In this document: positions 54,274 to 64,000 of the stretch, piece by piece
Layout of the letters: each line of letters opens with the position of its first letter
Numbering within the stretch: the first letter of the stretch is position 1
IMG/VR virus record: IMGVR_UViG_2508501054_000004
DNA length: 64,000 bases
Source: an uncultured virus (IMG/VR IMGVR_UViG_2508501054_000004)
Taxonomy: Duplodnaviria > Heunggongvirae > Uroviricota > Caudoviricetes
Direction: 5' to 3' (one strand)
Program-made: the position numbers and the translations under genes
Notes under the pieces: generated by a model
Databases searched by the model: none
What the model saw: only the letters and a program-made list of their open reading frames with translations
What the model was told of the DNA's origin: nothing

Positions 54274-56967
54274 TCAAGCGGCCTGAAAAATCCAGCACCG
54301 GACGGTTTTCGGCTTGTCGGCGGCGTCGATATCCCAGGACGAACACACGTTGCGGTTTGTCTCGATAAACTTCGGGCACTTGCTGGTTTTCAGGTGGCGT
54401 TTGAGCTCAACCAGATCCGGGACTTTCTGTCGTTTGTTTGCGGCAGCCTCGGCGAAGTCGTTTAGGTTGACGGCAATCAGCCCCTCATTGCGGGAGTGGT
54501 TCAGCGCACCAGCGTGGCTGTTCAGGTACTCGTAAAGCTCCCAGAACTCAACGACCATCGGGTGATCAGCGTTGATTGCCAGTTGTCGCTCTTTGGCCAT
54601 GCTTTGAACCTCGGCATGGGCAGCGTCAACCTGGTGCTGCTGCAGCGGCACGACATGCATGAGGGCGTCGACCAGCGCATGCAACTGGGCGTGGTTCTTG
54701 GCAATACGCACCGTGCGGATCTCGGGCAACTGCAGCAGCCGCTGTTCATAGAGCGGCACACTCGCTTTCACCGTCTGCATCACTTGCGCTTCCCGGGTTG
54801 TTGCCATCAACAGAAAGCCACTCACCTTGTCGACTGGCATCTGCTCGAGCTCTTCCACCAGCAGTTTGGTTTTGGCTGTCTGGCCATCCTTTGTCATACC
54901 GACGTGGGCTATCCGCTGCAGGATGGGCTCTGAGGCGTTCACAGCATGGTTTTGGGCGAACACAAAAGCACCGCGGAACGGCGGTTCCCGCGTGTCGTTG
55001 CCGTTGTTCTTGACCCCGGTCGACCGGACGCTACGGCCGTTGTAAGCGGTTTTCAGCTCGTCCCAGTCGTACTGCTTAGTCGCGCTGCCATCGGTCTTTT
55101 CCCGTTCGGATTCGATCAGCACGACCGGTAGGTTGCCGACCTGGGCGAAGTTACGAGCGCGGGCTACCGGTGTGCCCTTGGATGGGTCAAAGCCTTCGTA
55201 GTCGAGGCGACCAAGCAGCTTCCACAGAAACTCGATCAGCGTGGACTTACCCGCACCGGCTTCGCCGACCACCTCAAGAAACAGATAGCTCTTCTGGTGT
55301 TGCCGGATCTGCTCCGCGAACAATGCTCCAAGCCAGTACGCCAGAACGACGATTCCTTTGGCCCCAAAGCACTGCCACAGAATGTCGAGCCAGCGCATTG
55401 TGAACTTGTTCAGATCGGTGTTGATGTTCAGCGTGACGGACTGACTGAGCGTTTTAATGCTCAGTTTCTCCATGTCGAAAAAGTCTTCCTCGTTCAGTTT
55501 GTAAACCTTGCCGTCGCGCACGGCCACGTCGCCGTAAACGTAGGCACCGTGTTCGCGGGTGTAGCCGGTGAAGTCGATTGTCTGCACGGTCTTGAGCGCG
55601 TTTGTCTGCTCCTCAATGAACGCGTCCAGTTGCTGCGTGGTGCCGGTGAACATCCCACCGGGTGCGATCCCGAGCAGTCGTTTCTTGAACTCGGCGGAAG
55701 AGGCGATCTGCGAGCTGGTAAAGGTGTTCTTGATCGGCGCTGCGTCGTGGGCAAACGTGATCCGGAAGTAGTACCAGGACTCGTCGGTTAGCTTGTTCTC
55801 CTGGTAGTACAGCGCTTTGGGGTTGCAAGTGGCAATCCGCTGAATCGCGCCACACTGCTGCATGGCCTTGGCCCGGCGCTGCTTGTCGTTCAGTAACTGA
55901 TCGTCCTGATGCTCGCTGTCCTCGAGGTCTTGCATGGCCCGGTTGAATTTCTCCAGATCAAGCTTGAACCAGTAGAGGCGGTTACCAAACTCAAGGTGGA
56001 ATTCACTACGGCGTTTCCAGTCGAAAAGCACCAACGCTTTTTCCGTTGCGTTGTCGGCGATCAGCAGAGCTCCGTGGTGCCTGGCAACAGTCAGGTCCTT
56101 CTGGGTCTGCTCAGTCCGCTTGTCATCCTCATCGATGGCCCACCAACGCTGGTGCAGATCGTTCCAGTCGACCTTGCGACCGTCACGCTGGGGGATCTGG
56201 GCAGCCTCGCAGACAAAGCCCAGTTCTCGCGCCTGGCGAACCCAGCGCTTGGTGTACGCGTGTGCGCCTGGCTCGTTGTCCAATGCCCACACCAGCTTCG
56301 GTAATTTGCCGTCACGGTCTTTGGCGAGGCGCTTCAATGACTCGTCAGGAAATGCATTGGACGACATAGCGGATACTGCTGCCACGCCGTGATGCACCAG
56401 CGCGATAGCATCAAAGATCCCCTCGACAATCCACAGCTCTTTGACGTCCAGCAGCTCGACACACGGGGGGCACCACCACACGCCTTTGTAGCTTTCGCCT
56501 GGTTTGAAGCGCGCCTTCATTTTCCCGAATCGGGCAGGGCGATCAATCAACCGCTCCCAGTAGCCACCTTTATCTAGTGCGAACCGCACAGTGGCGCTGC
56601 CTGCGTCATGCTGTGACGAAAAGAAAGTGTCTTGAGTGAACCAGCCGGTGATCAACGACATGTCGAAGCTGCGGGCGAATTCCATGTAGGCGCGAGCCGT
56701 TGCGGTAGGGGCGTTATCGGTCGCGGGTGCGCGCTTGCTCCAATCCTCAAACAGGTCGTCGTAAATCTCTTTGACGTGCAGCGTGTGACCACACTTCTCC
56801 TGCCGGCCGCAAATCAACTGCCAAGGGCTGTCAAAGCGTGTGTAAAGCTCCTTTTTGTTGCACTTGGGGCAGGTGCCGCCGCGCATATAGTTGGTTGATT
56901 TGCGGAGCTTCAATCCGTAATCGGATTGAATGCGCTGCAGAACGTCGTGGCGTAGATCGTCTCTCAT
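54274..56967 (-). CDS. Toprim primase / helicase replication protein
   Basis: CPKC...C..C zinc finger, IVEGIFDA and ALDNE Toprim motifs, GEAGAGKST Walker A. Confidence 0.9.
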   Translation of the reverse strand: MRDDLRHDVLQRIQSDYGLKLRKSTNYMRGGTCPKCNKKELYTRFDSPWQLICGRQEKCGHTLHVKEIYDDLFEDWSKRAPATDNAPTATARAYMEFARSFDMSLITGWFTQDTFFSSQHDAGSATVRFALDKGGYWERLIDRPARFGKMKARFKPGESYKGVWWCPPCVELLDVKELWIVEGIFDAIALVHHGVAAVSAMSSNAFPDESLKRLAKDRDGKLPKLVWALDNEPGAHAYTKRWVRQARELGFVCEAAQIPQRDGRKVDWNDLHQRWWAIDEDDKRTEQTQKDLTVARHHGALLIADNATEKALVLFDWKRRSEFHLEFGNRLYWFKLDLEKFNRAMQDLEDSEHQDDQLLNDKQRRAKAMQQCGAIQRIATCNPKALYYQENKLTDESWYYFRITFAHDAAPIKNTFTSSQIASSAEFKKRLLGIAPGGMFTGTTQQLDAFIEEQTNALKTVQTIDFTGYTREHGAYVYGDVAVRDGKVYKLNEEDFFDMEKLSIKTLSQSVTLNINTDLNKFTMRWLDILWQCFGAKGIVVLAYWLGALFAEQIRQHQKSYLFLEVVGEAGAGKSTLIEFLWKLLGRLDYEGFDPSKGTPVARARNFAQVGNLPVVLIESEREKTDGSATKQYDWDELKTAYNGRSVRSTGVKNNGNDTREPPFRGAFVFAQNHAVNASEPILQRIAHVGMTKDGQTAKTKLLVEELEQMPVDKVSGFLLMATTREAQVMQTVKASVPLYEQRLLQLPEIRTVRIAKNHAQLHALVDALMHVVPLQQHQVDAAHAEVQSMAKERQLAINADHPMVVEFWELYEYLNSHAGALNHSRNEGLIAVNLNDFAEAAANKRQKVPDLVELKRHLKTSKCPKFIETNRNVCSSWDIDAADKPKTVRCWIFQAA

Positions 56968-57203
56968 GAATGCTTCACTGCTTTGAGGCTTTGACTCAGG
57001 GCTGCCATAAGGCGTTTTTGCGCTGCCATAACAGGGACGTGGGCGAGGATTGCGCCATGGCGTTGGCCGTCCGCTACGAAGCGGTATTGGTCGTCGTACC
57101 AGTATTCATTGAGCCTCAGGCGATACTGTTCACGCAGTGCTTCAAGCAGTGCTTGAGCCTCTGCCTGGGGCAATTGAGCGGTGACGATCACGGCGTTGGC
57201 CAT
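56964..57203 (-). CDS. hypothetical phage protein
   Basis: 79-aa ORF coupled to primase. Confidence 0.65.
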   Translation of the reverse strand: MANAVIVTAQLPQAEAQALLEALREQYRLRLNEYWYDDQYRFVADGQRHGAILAHVPVMAAQKRLMAALSQSLKAVKHS

Positions 57204-57273
57204 CGTTAAACCTCGAATTTGGGCGCAGCTCACCCATACCCACTGGAGTGGGGCAGGCAATGTTTGGGGGTGT

Positions 57274-57636
57274 TTAAGTGGCGGGGGAGACGGGTTTGCC
57301 GTGGCCGGCAGCGATCAGGTGTTCGTAGATCAGATGAACAGGTACGGACCAGGCGAGCCCACGAATGGGATCACTGATCACTACTGTCATTTCTGCGCTT
57401 GCTTGAAGGTCTATACGCTGGCGACCGATGACGGCCAGAACGTTGCTGTAGGCCTGGTGCACCAGATGGTTCGCAAAAGACTCTTTGACCTCAAAGCTTT
57501 CGACCAGGTGATCGGTCGTTCGACTGAGCAGTTGGCCTAGATCGCCCAAATGCTCGCCCTGATGGCGCTCGATAAATGCCTGAGCTGCAGCGCGGATGGT
57601 CTCTTGATAATCCCTATCAGCTGGTACGTTATTCAT
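57274..57636 (-). CDS. hypothetical phage protein
   Basis: 120-aa ORF coupled to upstream gene. Confidence 0.65.
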   Translation of the reverse strand: MNNVPADRDYQETIRAAAQAFIERHQGEHLGDLGQLLSRTTDHLVESFEVKESFANHLVHQAYSNVLAVIGRQRIDLQASAEMTVVISDPIRGLAWSVPVHLIYEHLIAAGHGKPVSPAT

Positions 57637-58112
57637 TTTTCAGTCCCTGATTTAGCGCGGTACAGATCGATAGCTGCTAACACTTCGGCATGACGTGCAG
57701 CCATGTGCAGGTTATGTGCATTGAGAATGTGTTCTGCCTCGGCCTCATTGATGCAACCGTCCGCAAGTGCCTTGGCAATTTCCTGGTCGACGCATCCACG
57801 CTTTGCCGCCGCTTGAATGGAAAGGGCGTACATCTCGACGTTGTCCAGCGAATCAGGATCAGCCACCGGAACGAACAGGCCGCCGTACATCGATGCTACA
57901 TAGTTGGGAAGATGCTGAGTTCCGGATTCCTGCTCTAACTGGAACAACTGAGCATCAGTGAGCGGGCGACTGTTGTTATTCTCGTAGGCGTGGTTATCAA
58001 ACTTTTTCAAGGCAAGACCAATCCGAGCTGCAGCGCATTCACGTCCGCCTGGATAACTGCAGATGATCGCGCTAACTACTTCACGGCGTGTCTTTAGAAC
58101 TGGACTTTTCAT
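57633..58112 (-). CDS. YmfL/CII-like regulatory protein
   Basis: IICSYPGGRECAAARIGL..KKFDN..YE. Confidence 0.75.
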   Translation of the reverse strand: MKSPVLKTRREVVSAIICSYPGGRECAAARIGLALKKFDNHAYENNNSRPLTDAQLFQLEQESGTQHLPNYVASMYGGLFVPVADPDSLDNVEMYALSIQAAAKRGCVDQEIAKALADGCINEAEAEHILNAHNLHMAARHAEVLAAIDLYRAKSGTEK

Positions 58113-58141
58113 GTTCTGCTTTTCCCTGCTCATCATCACTA

Positions 58142-58342
58142 TTACTGTGCAATCACGCCGTCTTTGATACCCAGCAACACCGCGGCGCGATGTGCCTCCC
58201 CACGGCGACCCTTGAGCCTCCCGTTCAAAAGGTCGCTGACCAAATTTTTGTTCAGGTTATGTTTTCGGCTGAATTCCGCAATGCTGACCCCCTTGTGATC
58301 GAGAGCTGCTCGGGCTTGCTCGGGCGTAACGGTGGCGGGCAT
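58142..58342 (-). CDS. BcepMu gp16-family DNA-binding protein (Cro/Cox-like)
   Basis: TPEQARAAL..KGVSIAEFSR...RGEAHRAAVLLGIK. Confidence 0.85.
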   Translation of the reverse strand: MPATVTPEQARAALDHKGVSIAEFSRKHNLNKNLVSDLLNGRLKGRRGEAHRAAVLLGIKDGVIAQ

Positions 58343-58434
58343 GATGTGTACTCTGTTTGTTCGTGGTTGATTCTGTTGGTCTGTGGTGATTCTTGGTCAA
58401 ATTATTGATCAAGTCAAGCGTGGTGAATAAAAAT

Positions 58435-58782
58435 ATGTACATTGCTGACGGAGTAGGTGATCGCCTAAAGGAAGAGCGCGAGCGCTTGGGCTTGAGTCAA
58501 ACTGAATTTGGAACAAGGCTTCGAGTTAGTCGTGGAACTCAGAAAAACTACGAGCTCGGCGCGAACTCATTGGATCTTCGTTACGTCGCAGCTCTTGTGG
58601 ATCATGGCGTCGACGCGGGATACGTTCTGACTGGGCACCGCTCACCTGCTCCAGGACAAGGGTTGAAGCCGGATGAAGCAGATCTTGTAGATCAGTACAG
58701 ACGCCTCCCTGTAAATGATCAGAAAACTGTTCGTCGGATCGTGAAGTCCATGGCGGCTGAAGCAGATGAAGCTTCGAAATAA
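58435..58782 (+). CDS. XRE-family repressor (C-like)
   Basis: GDRLKEERERLGLSQTEFG...TQKNYE; divergent from gp16-like gene. Confidence 0.88.
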   Translation: MYIADGVGDRLKEERERLGLSQTEFGTRLRVSRGTQKNYELGANSLDLRYVAALVDHGVDAGYVLTGHRSPAPGQGLKPDEADLVDQYRRLPVNDQKTVRRIVKSMAAEADEASK

Positions 58783-58797
58783 AGTGCAACGGTTCAT

Positions 58798-59058
58798 GTG
58801 AAAGACTGGTTTTCATTTCTCAACGTATCTACTGAAGCGTCGATACCGTCGCCTCCAAATGATTCTAATGGAGCCGTAAGTATGTGGGACTGCAATAATT
58901 TCCAGCGTCTAAATCTTGAAAAATCCGGTCATCGTTGGATTGAACTCACAGAGCTAGAGACTGATTTAATTGAGCTTTTCCGTCAGATGCCTGAGGTCGA
59001 ACGCAAGCAAATTCACCGCATCGCTGGCTATTTGGTGAGGCCTGTTGAAGATGAGTAA
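58798..59058 (+). CDS. hypothetical protein (start uncertain)
   Basis: ELTELETDLIELFRQM resembles repressor C-terminal helices. Confidence 0.5.
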   Translation: MKDWFSFLNVSTEASIPSPPNDSNGAVSMWDCNNFQRLNLEKSGHRWIELTELETDLIELFRQMPEVERKQIHRIAGYLVRPVEDE

Positions 59059-59124
59059 AAATCTCGTGCGATATTGAACTGCACGTGAACCTTCTATCGC
59101 CGGCTCATTTGGTCGGCGGTTTGC

Positions 59125-59385
59125 TCATGCCGTTGCCTGCCGCCCCAGCTGCTCAAACAATTCTTTCTGCTTGTCTGGAGTCAGATCACGCAAGCGATCA
59201 AACAGCATCACGTCCAGCTGTTGCCCCGACGGCCTGAGTGTGTGCGAAAACATCAGATTGGCCACCCATGTGTGCCCGCACTTTGCATCAAGGCATTGGC
59301 AGTACAACTTCACATACGCTCTCGTCACTTCCTCCCTTGAGCTGATTCGTCCCTTGTGCGCGCACGTCGTGCAATAAATTCTCAT
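59125..59385 (-). CDS. ogr: Ogr/Delta-like zinc-finger late activator
   Basis: CTTC...LYCQC....CGHTW...FSHTLRPS. Confidence 0.9.
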   Translation of the reverse strand: MRIYCTTCAHKGRISSREEVTRAYVKLYCQCLDAKCGHTWVANLMFSHTLRPSGQQLDVMLFDRLRDLTPDKQKELFEQLGRQATA

Positions 59386-59460
59386 ATTCCCTCCCCAGGG
59401 CCATCTTATGGCTACTATTTTGCCATATCTGTAATGGCATTATCTGTGCTTTCGGTCATA

Positions 59461-60480
59461 TCAAGCCGTTACAGATGTATCCGGCACCGTTTTCCAGGCA
59501 AACCGCCTGTCTTCCCGCAACGTCGCATTAGCCTGGTCAAATAGCTGACAGATCGGCCTGATCTCGTTGCTGGTGTAAACGCGATCGATCTTCTCGATGT
59601 CACCGAAACCGCCACTGTTCTCCGGGATGATTCCGGCCAGGGCCGGGTTCATGCGCCAGGCCGCGATCACGTCATTGCGCGTGATGTTCTTCACCTTCTC
59701 CAGTTCGTCCTTGGCCTGGAAATCACCCACCGGGATTATCTGAATGGCCTTCTCGGAACCGCCCGGAATGTTGACGAACATCGACCGGAAGTTGCCCACG
59801 CCCTTGCTGGCCGTGATCTGGGCACGTAGCTCGTCTTCGTCCTCTTCGGTCAGGTTCGGGTCGTTGGTGTAGAAGATGTATCCCGCATGCGCGCCGTTGC
59901 TGTAGTAACGCCGGCGAAACAGTGTTGCTGCCTCGTTGAGCAGCAGTGCCTGCAGACCGCCCAGGTACTCAGGCACGCCGTAAATGTTCTGTTCGACGTC
60001 GTAGTTGAGGACGTGCTCAATCTCGTCCGCGTCGAACTCCGTCTCTCGCCCGTTCTGCTCCAACTGGATGAATCCACCGTCGACCTTGACCCGCATGTTG
60101 ATGGCCGGCAGGTGTCGCAGCTCCAGAATCTGGCCCAGCAGGTTAGGCACCCGGTAGAAATACGCTTCGCCAAACACCATGAAGTCCAGCGCAGCCCTAC
60201 CTATTTCGGCCACTGACAGGCCGGCTGAAGGCATGAACTCACGCAGCAGCAGATTGCGTTTGAACCCTGGTATCGCGCCGTGGTGTGCGTTGGCTTTGAG
60301 CAGCTTGGCCAGCCCCCTGCGTGAGACTGGCGGCGTGAAGATGCGACCGTCGTCGCTGGCGAACACGCCCAGGTACTGCGCGATGTTGTCGGTCAGCACT
60401 GATTCCGGCGCACCGAACGTGAATGCACGCATGGGCCGTTGCGCCGGTTTTTCCTGCTGCAGGGTTTTGGGTTTTGCCAT
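59461..60480 (-). CDS. portal protein (P2 gpQ / PBSX family)
   Basis: AFTFG.PE, QNIYGVPEY, EAATLFRRRYYSNGAHAG, GFGDIEK. Confidence 0.95.
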   Translation of the reverse strand: MAKPKTLQQEKPAQRPMRAFTFGAPESVLTDNIAQYLGVFASDDGRIFTPPVSRRGLAKLLKANAHHGAIPGFKRNLLLREFMPSAGLSVAEIGRAALDFMVFGEAYFYRVPNLLGQILELRHLPAINMRVKVDGGFIQLEQNGRETEFDADEIEHVLNYDVEQNIYGVPEYLGGLQALLLNEAATLFRRRYYSNGAHAGYIFYTNDPNLTEEDEDELRAQITASKGVGNFRSMFVNIPGGSEKAIQIIPVGDFQAKDELEKVKNITRNDVIAAWRMNPALAGIIPENSGGFGDIEKIDRVYTSNEIRPICQLFDQANATLREDRRFAWKTVPDTSVTA

Positions 60481-62293
60481 GGGAAGTTGATCCAGTGAGT
60501 GCGTAGCGACTGCGCCGCTGTTTGTCCGTGTTGAGGGGTTCGTACTGCAGGGCGTGCATGACCGCCCAGGCCACGTCCGCGTGACCTGTCGCGTCGGTTC
60601 GCGACGCGCTGTAGGTCACCTGGCCGCTGGCGGTTGTGCCGCGCTTGATTGTCAGGAAGGCCTGGGCGATATCGTTCCAGCCGGCGTCCCACTCGATGCG
60701 GCTGCCTTGGATGGTGTCCTGCGCCTTGAGCACCAATAGGTTCTTGGTTTCCAGGCTGTAGTGGATCGAGGTCGCACGCGGGTAGAAGTCGCGCACCAGG
60801 TCGAAGACGCCGTAGCCGATGCCGGTCGTGTCGATCCCGATGTGCTGAACGTTGAAGCGCTCGGTCAGCTTCTTGACCTGCTCGGCCTGGTACTTAAATG
60901 ACTGACCACGCCAGCTGTGCTTCTCCAGGATCCGGAACTTGCCGCCGTTCTCCAGCGGCGGTGCGATGACCACGCACGTCGCATCGTCGCGTGTCCGGCT
61001 CGGGTCGTAACCGATCCAGACCGGGCTGTTGCCATACGGGCGCGGATCGTCCGGGTCGAAGTCGGCCCACAAGGATAGGTCCGAATAGCAGCGCTCCAGA
61101 TCTGCCAGGGAAAACGCGCTCTGGCTGCTGTCGATGAATTTGCACATGAACAGCTGCTGGAACTTGTCGTCGTCGTACTCCAGCTGCAGTTGCTCAAGGT
61201 CGAACAGATCGCAGCCGCCGGCAATCGCATCCAGGATGGTGATTACCTTGCGCCATTGACCGTCCGGACACAGCGCCCCGGCAGATATCTGTTTGTCGCT
61301 CGGCCAGGGATCTTTAGCCGCCTTGCGTTTGCTGTTGCGGAATTTCTCACCCTGCCAGAACGGATAGGCTTGGTGCGAGACGGCGCTGGGCGTTGAGAAG
61401 TAGGTTTTGCGCCACTTCTTATGGGTCGCCATGGCGCTGGCCACGGTGTTCAGTTTCTCGAAGTCGCGGATCCAGAAATATTCGTCGACGTACACATGGC
61501 CATGGTGACCCTGCGCGGTGCTGCTGTTGGTGCTGAGAAAGCGCAGCTCGGCCCAGGGCTTGCCGTCCTTGCTGAGTACGATCGGGTTGCCGGTCAGCTC
61601 CAGACCGAACCACGCCTGGGCAAAGGCGATGATGTAGCTGCGGAAAATCTCGGACTGGGCGCGGCTGGCCGACAGGAACACCTGGTTATCGCCGGTCAGC
61701 ACCGCGTCCATGAAAGCTTCGCCGGCGAAGTAGTAGGTCAGGCCCACCTGGCGGCTTTTGAGGATGTTCCGGATTCTGGCGGTCAGCGGGTTCTGTTTCG
61801 CGGCGAACAGCTCTTTCTGGTAGCCGTACATTTTGCTGATGAACTTGTCGAGAAAGTCCACTTCGCGCAGCTCGCTGACGTCGTTCTTGACCTTCTTTTC
61901 CCGCTTCTTGCCGTCGCGCTTGCCACGCTCCCGACGCTCACTGCGTTGATCATCGCGGCGATGGCCATCGTCGCCCTGGTCATCACGAACCGGCGCAACC
62001 ACCGGCTTTACACACTGCTTAACCAGGCGTTCGCGAACGGTCGTCAACCGGTCCAGTTCGTCCAGCTCGCCCTTGGTCAGCGAGTCGGCTTTCTCCAGAA
62101 GCAAGGTGATACGCCGGCTGACGGCGGTCAGCGGTTCTTCATCCGTCAGCATGTCTTCCCAGCCACCAATGCGAATCCAGTGGTACACGATCCGGATGTT
62201 GGGCAGGTTCAACTGCACCTGAATTTCCTTGGCCTTGTGACGGCGTAGAAACAGGCGTTTGGCGGCTTCTTTGACTTCGGTTGAGTAGTACAT
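60239..62293 (-). CDS. terminase ATPase subunit (P2 gpP)
   Basis: ILKSRQVGLT, FLSASRAQ, DEYFW, FSTPS, GYDPSR, GHAD. Confidence 0.93.
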   Translation of the reverse strand: MYYSTEVKEAAKRLFLRRHKAKEIQVQLNLPNIRIVYHWIRIGGWEDMLTDEEPLTAVSRRITLLLEKADSLTKGELDELDRLTTVRERLVKQCVKPVVAPVRDDQGDDGHRRDDQRSERRERGKRDGKKREKKVKNDVSELREVDFLDKFISKMYGYQKELFAAKQNPLTARIRNILKSRQVGLTYYFAGEAFMDAVLTGDNQVFLSASRAQSEIFRSYIIAFAQAWFGLELTGNPIVLSKDGKPWAELRFLSTNSSTAQGHHGHVYVDEYFWIRDFEKLNTVASAMATHKKWRKTYFSTPSAVSHQAYPFWQGEKFRNSKRKAAKDPWPSDKQISAGALCPDGQWRKVITILDAIAGGCDLFDLEQLQLEYDDDKFQQLFMCKFIDSSQSAFSLADLERCYSDLSLWADFDPDDPRPYGNSPVWIGYDPSRTRDDATCVVIAPPLENGGKFRILEKHSWRGQSFKYQAEQVKKLTERFNVQHIGIDTTGIGYGVFDLVRDFYPRATSIHYSLETKNLLVLKAQDTIQGSRIEWDAGWNDIAQAFLTIKRGTTASGQVTYSASRTDATGHADVAWAVMHALQYEPLNTDKQRRSRYALTGSTSHGKTQNPAAGKTGATAHACIHVRCAGISADRQHRAVPGRVRQRRRSHLHAASLTQGAGQAAQSQRTPRRDTRVQTQSAAA

Positions 62294-62454
62294 GGGCCGC
62301 AGTCTATGCGGCGAAAACGCGGAAAACGTGCAGTTAAAATCCGTGTTTCTCCTATAAATCAAATATAGGTGAAGCGCGAAAGTAAACCGTTTGTTGGAGG
62401 CGTTGCGGCTCCCTATCTTGGGGCCTCAACTTACCGATGAGCGCAGTTCTTCCC

Positions 62455-63387
62455 ATGCCCCGTTCCCTTGTCAGCTTCTGGAAACGCGTCGCCACCAGCG
62501 GTCCTACCGTAGATGGTCGCGTCATCACGCCCCAGGAACTGCGCGACATCGCCGAGACGTACAGCACTACTACTTACACGGCCACCATCTGGTCCGAACA
62601 TGACCGCTGGCCAGGCTCCTACGGCACCGTGTTTGCCGTGCGCCTGATTGAGGATGTCGAGGGGCTGGCCCCCGGCCAAGTCGCGCTGGAAGCGCAGTTG
62701 AAGCCCAACCAAAAGCTGCTGTGGCTCAACGACCAAGGCGAAAAGCTCTTCACCAGCATCGAGATCATGCCCGACTTCGCTGGCACCGGTAGGGCGTACC
62801 TGACCGGCCTGGCCGTCACCGACGAACCGGCGAGCCTGGGCACTCAAGAACTCTACTTCTCCCGCAACCCCGGCAACCCCGGAAAGCGCGTGCATTACGC
62901 GGCTGCCGTCCCGCTGGGTTCGATTGGTGAAGACGAACCGCAAGGCGAGGTGGCCAAGCTGTTCAGCATGTTCACCGGCCTGTTCAAGCGCTTTGGCATT
63001 GAAGAGGTGCCAGCCGAAACCACCCCGCAAACCCCTACCGAGAGCAAACCCCCAATGGATGAAGCTACAGCCAAAGCGCTGCAGGCCTTGATCGAACAGC
63101 AACTGATCGTCACTGCCGGCATTCAGGCGCTGATTGACAGTTTCGCAGAGGCACCGCCGGCACCCGACCAGGCCCCGATCGACGACGTACAGACGGCGGT
63201 CGATGACATCGTGGCCACCGCCGAAGACGAAAAGCAGTTGAGCCGCAAGGGCTCGTCCAACGCCGCAGTGCTGGCCGGCATGAACAAGCTGCAGGCGCAA
63301 TTCAGCGCGTTGCTGGACAAGCCGGAAGGTCGCCACCTGGCACGCACCACCGGTGCCGCTGACCCTAAACCGAAGCGGGTGCTCTGA
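62455..63387 (+). CDS. capsid scaffolding protein (P2 gpO)
   Basis: VATSGPTVDGRVI, QGEKLFTSIE, YLTGLAVTDEPASLGT. Confidence 0.93.
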   Translation: MPRSLVSFWKRVATSGPTVDGRVITPQELRDIAETYSTTTYTATIWSEHDRWPGSYGTVFAVRLIEDVEGLAPGQVALEAQLKPNQKLLWLNDQGEKLFTSIEIMPDFAGTGRAYLTGLAVTDEPASLGTQELYFSRNPGNPGKRVHYAAAVPLGSIGEDEPQGEVAKLFSMFTGLFKRFGIEEVPAETTPQTPTESKPPMDEATAKALQALIEQQLIVTAGIQALIDSFAEAPPAPDQAPIDDVQTAVDDIVATAEDEKQLSRKGSSNAAVLAGMNKLQAQFSALLDKPEGRHLARTTGAADPKPKRVL

Positions 63388-63388
63388 C

Positions 63389-64000
63389 ATGGCCCAGTCA
63401 CTGAGCGCATTCGGCGCGAAAATGTTCGCGGCTCTGCAGGTTTCCCTGGCTGAGTCTTACGGTGTCGAGTTGGCCAGCAAGACGTTCAGCGTCGAGCCAT
63501 CGATTGCCCAGGAACTCAACGAGGCGATCACCCACAAGTCCGATTTCCTACAGCGCATCAACGTCATCGGCGTGACTGAGATCAAGGGTCAAAAGGTGTT
63601 CCTGGGCGTGTCGGGTCCTGTGACCGGTCGCACCAACACCAAGACCACCGATCGCGAAGCCAAGGACGCATCGGCGCTGGATGACAGCACCTACGAGCTG
63701 TTCTCGACTGAATCTGACGTCAGCCTGCCTTACGCCAAGATCGACGCCTGGGCCAAGTTTCCGGACTTCCAGCAGCGCTACTCCGCCGCAGTGCAGAAGC
63801 AGATCGCACTCGACCGTCTGATGATCGGCTTCCACGGCCTCAAAGCGGCTGCGCAAACCAATCTCACTGAATTCCCGATGCTGCAGGACGTGAACAAGGG
63901 TTGGTTGCAGATCGCTCGCGAGCAGATCCCTGAGCAGGTTCTCAAGGAAGGCAAGGTCGCTGGAAAGGTGACGCTGGGCGAAGGCGGCGACTATGCCAAC
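63389..64000 (+). CDS. major capsid protein (P2 gpN), truncated by window end
   Basis: ATG 63389: ...FSVEPSIAQEL...SDFLQRINV...DAWAKFPDFQ...ALDRLMIGFHG...LQDVNKGWLQ; absent from ORF track. Confidence 0.92.
   Translation, partial: MAQSLSAFGAKMFAALQVSLAESYGVELASKTFSVEPSIAQELNEAITHKSDFLQRINVIGVTEIKGQKVFLGVSGPVTGRTNTKTTDREAKDASALDDSTYELFSTESDVSLPYAKIDAWAKFPDFQQRYSAAVQKQIALDRLMIGFHGLKAAAQTNLTEFPMLQDVNKGWLQIAREQIPEQVLKEGKVAGKVTLGEGGDYAN

Larger units (their letters stand above)
49475..64000. mobile_element. prophage B: P2-like, continues beyond window
   Basis: integrase, primase-helicase, C/Cox-type switch, ogr, Q, P, O, N genes. Confidence 0.9.

Noticed and set aside
60239..60480. terminase ORF overlapping the portal gene by about 240 bp
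   Set aside because: The tail is an out-of-frame reading of portal codons with no motif; no evidence of function from sequence alone
1..64000. CRISPR array, retron or diversity-generating retroelement
   Set aside because: No repeat-spacer array, cas gene or reverse transcriptase seen; the tail-fibre duplication is in-frame and not adenine-specific. Content of the N gaps cannot be assessed

Overview
Draft-assembly window (several N gaps) that looks like a Pseudomonas chromosome; the genus is inferred from gene content. It is almost entirely a tandem array of integrative elements at a tRNA-Thr(UGU) attachment site. (i) About 1-4760 is the tail end of a left-hand element carrying an ApeA/HEPN-like gene, a HEAT-repeat microprotein and a HigBA-like toxin-antitoxin pair. 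(ii) About 5490-49430 is an apparently complete mosaic prophage (A). It has a tyrosine integrase, a CI/Cro switch, a prim-pol/helicase with an iteron-like origin, a lambda-type cos, terminase and head, a P2/R-pyocin-type contractile tail, a GH19 endolysin and a LexA-boxed adenine methylase. Its cargo is a Panacea TA pair, a HEPN-motif protein, hcp-DUF2778-immunity, a RloC-like ABC ATPase and DUF4145. (iii) From 49474 to the window end is the left part of a P2-like prophage (B) with its own hcp-RNase-toxin-immunity cassette. Highlights: (1) both prophages carry hcp-led T6SS effector/immunity cassettes, and B keeps the 3' stub plus orphan immunity gene of the toxin family that A carries intact; (2) an RNA hairpin with loop CCUCUCACCAC recurs on the transcribed strand of both early operons of A; (3) palindromic elements border the cargo genes; (4) a lambda-spaced cos predicts a 12-nt cohesive end; (5) a prfB-type +1 frameshift site sits in the tail chaperone. 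All family assignments come from motif recognition, not database searches.
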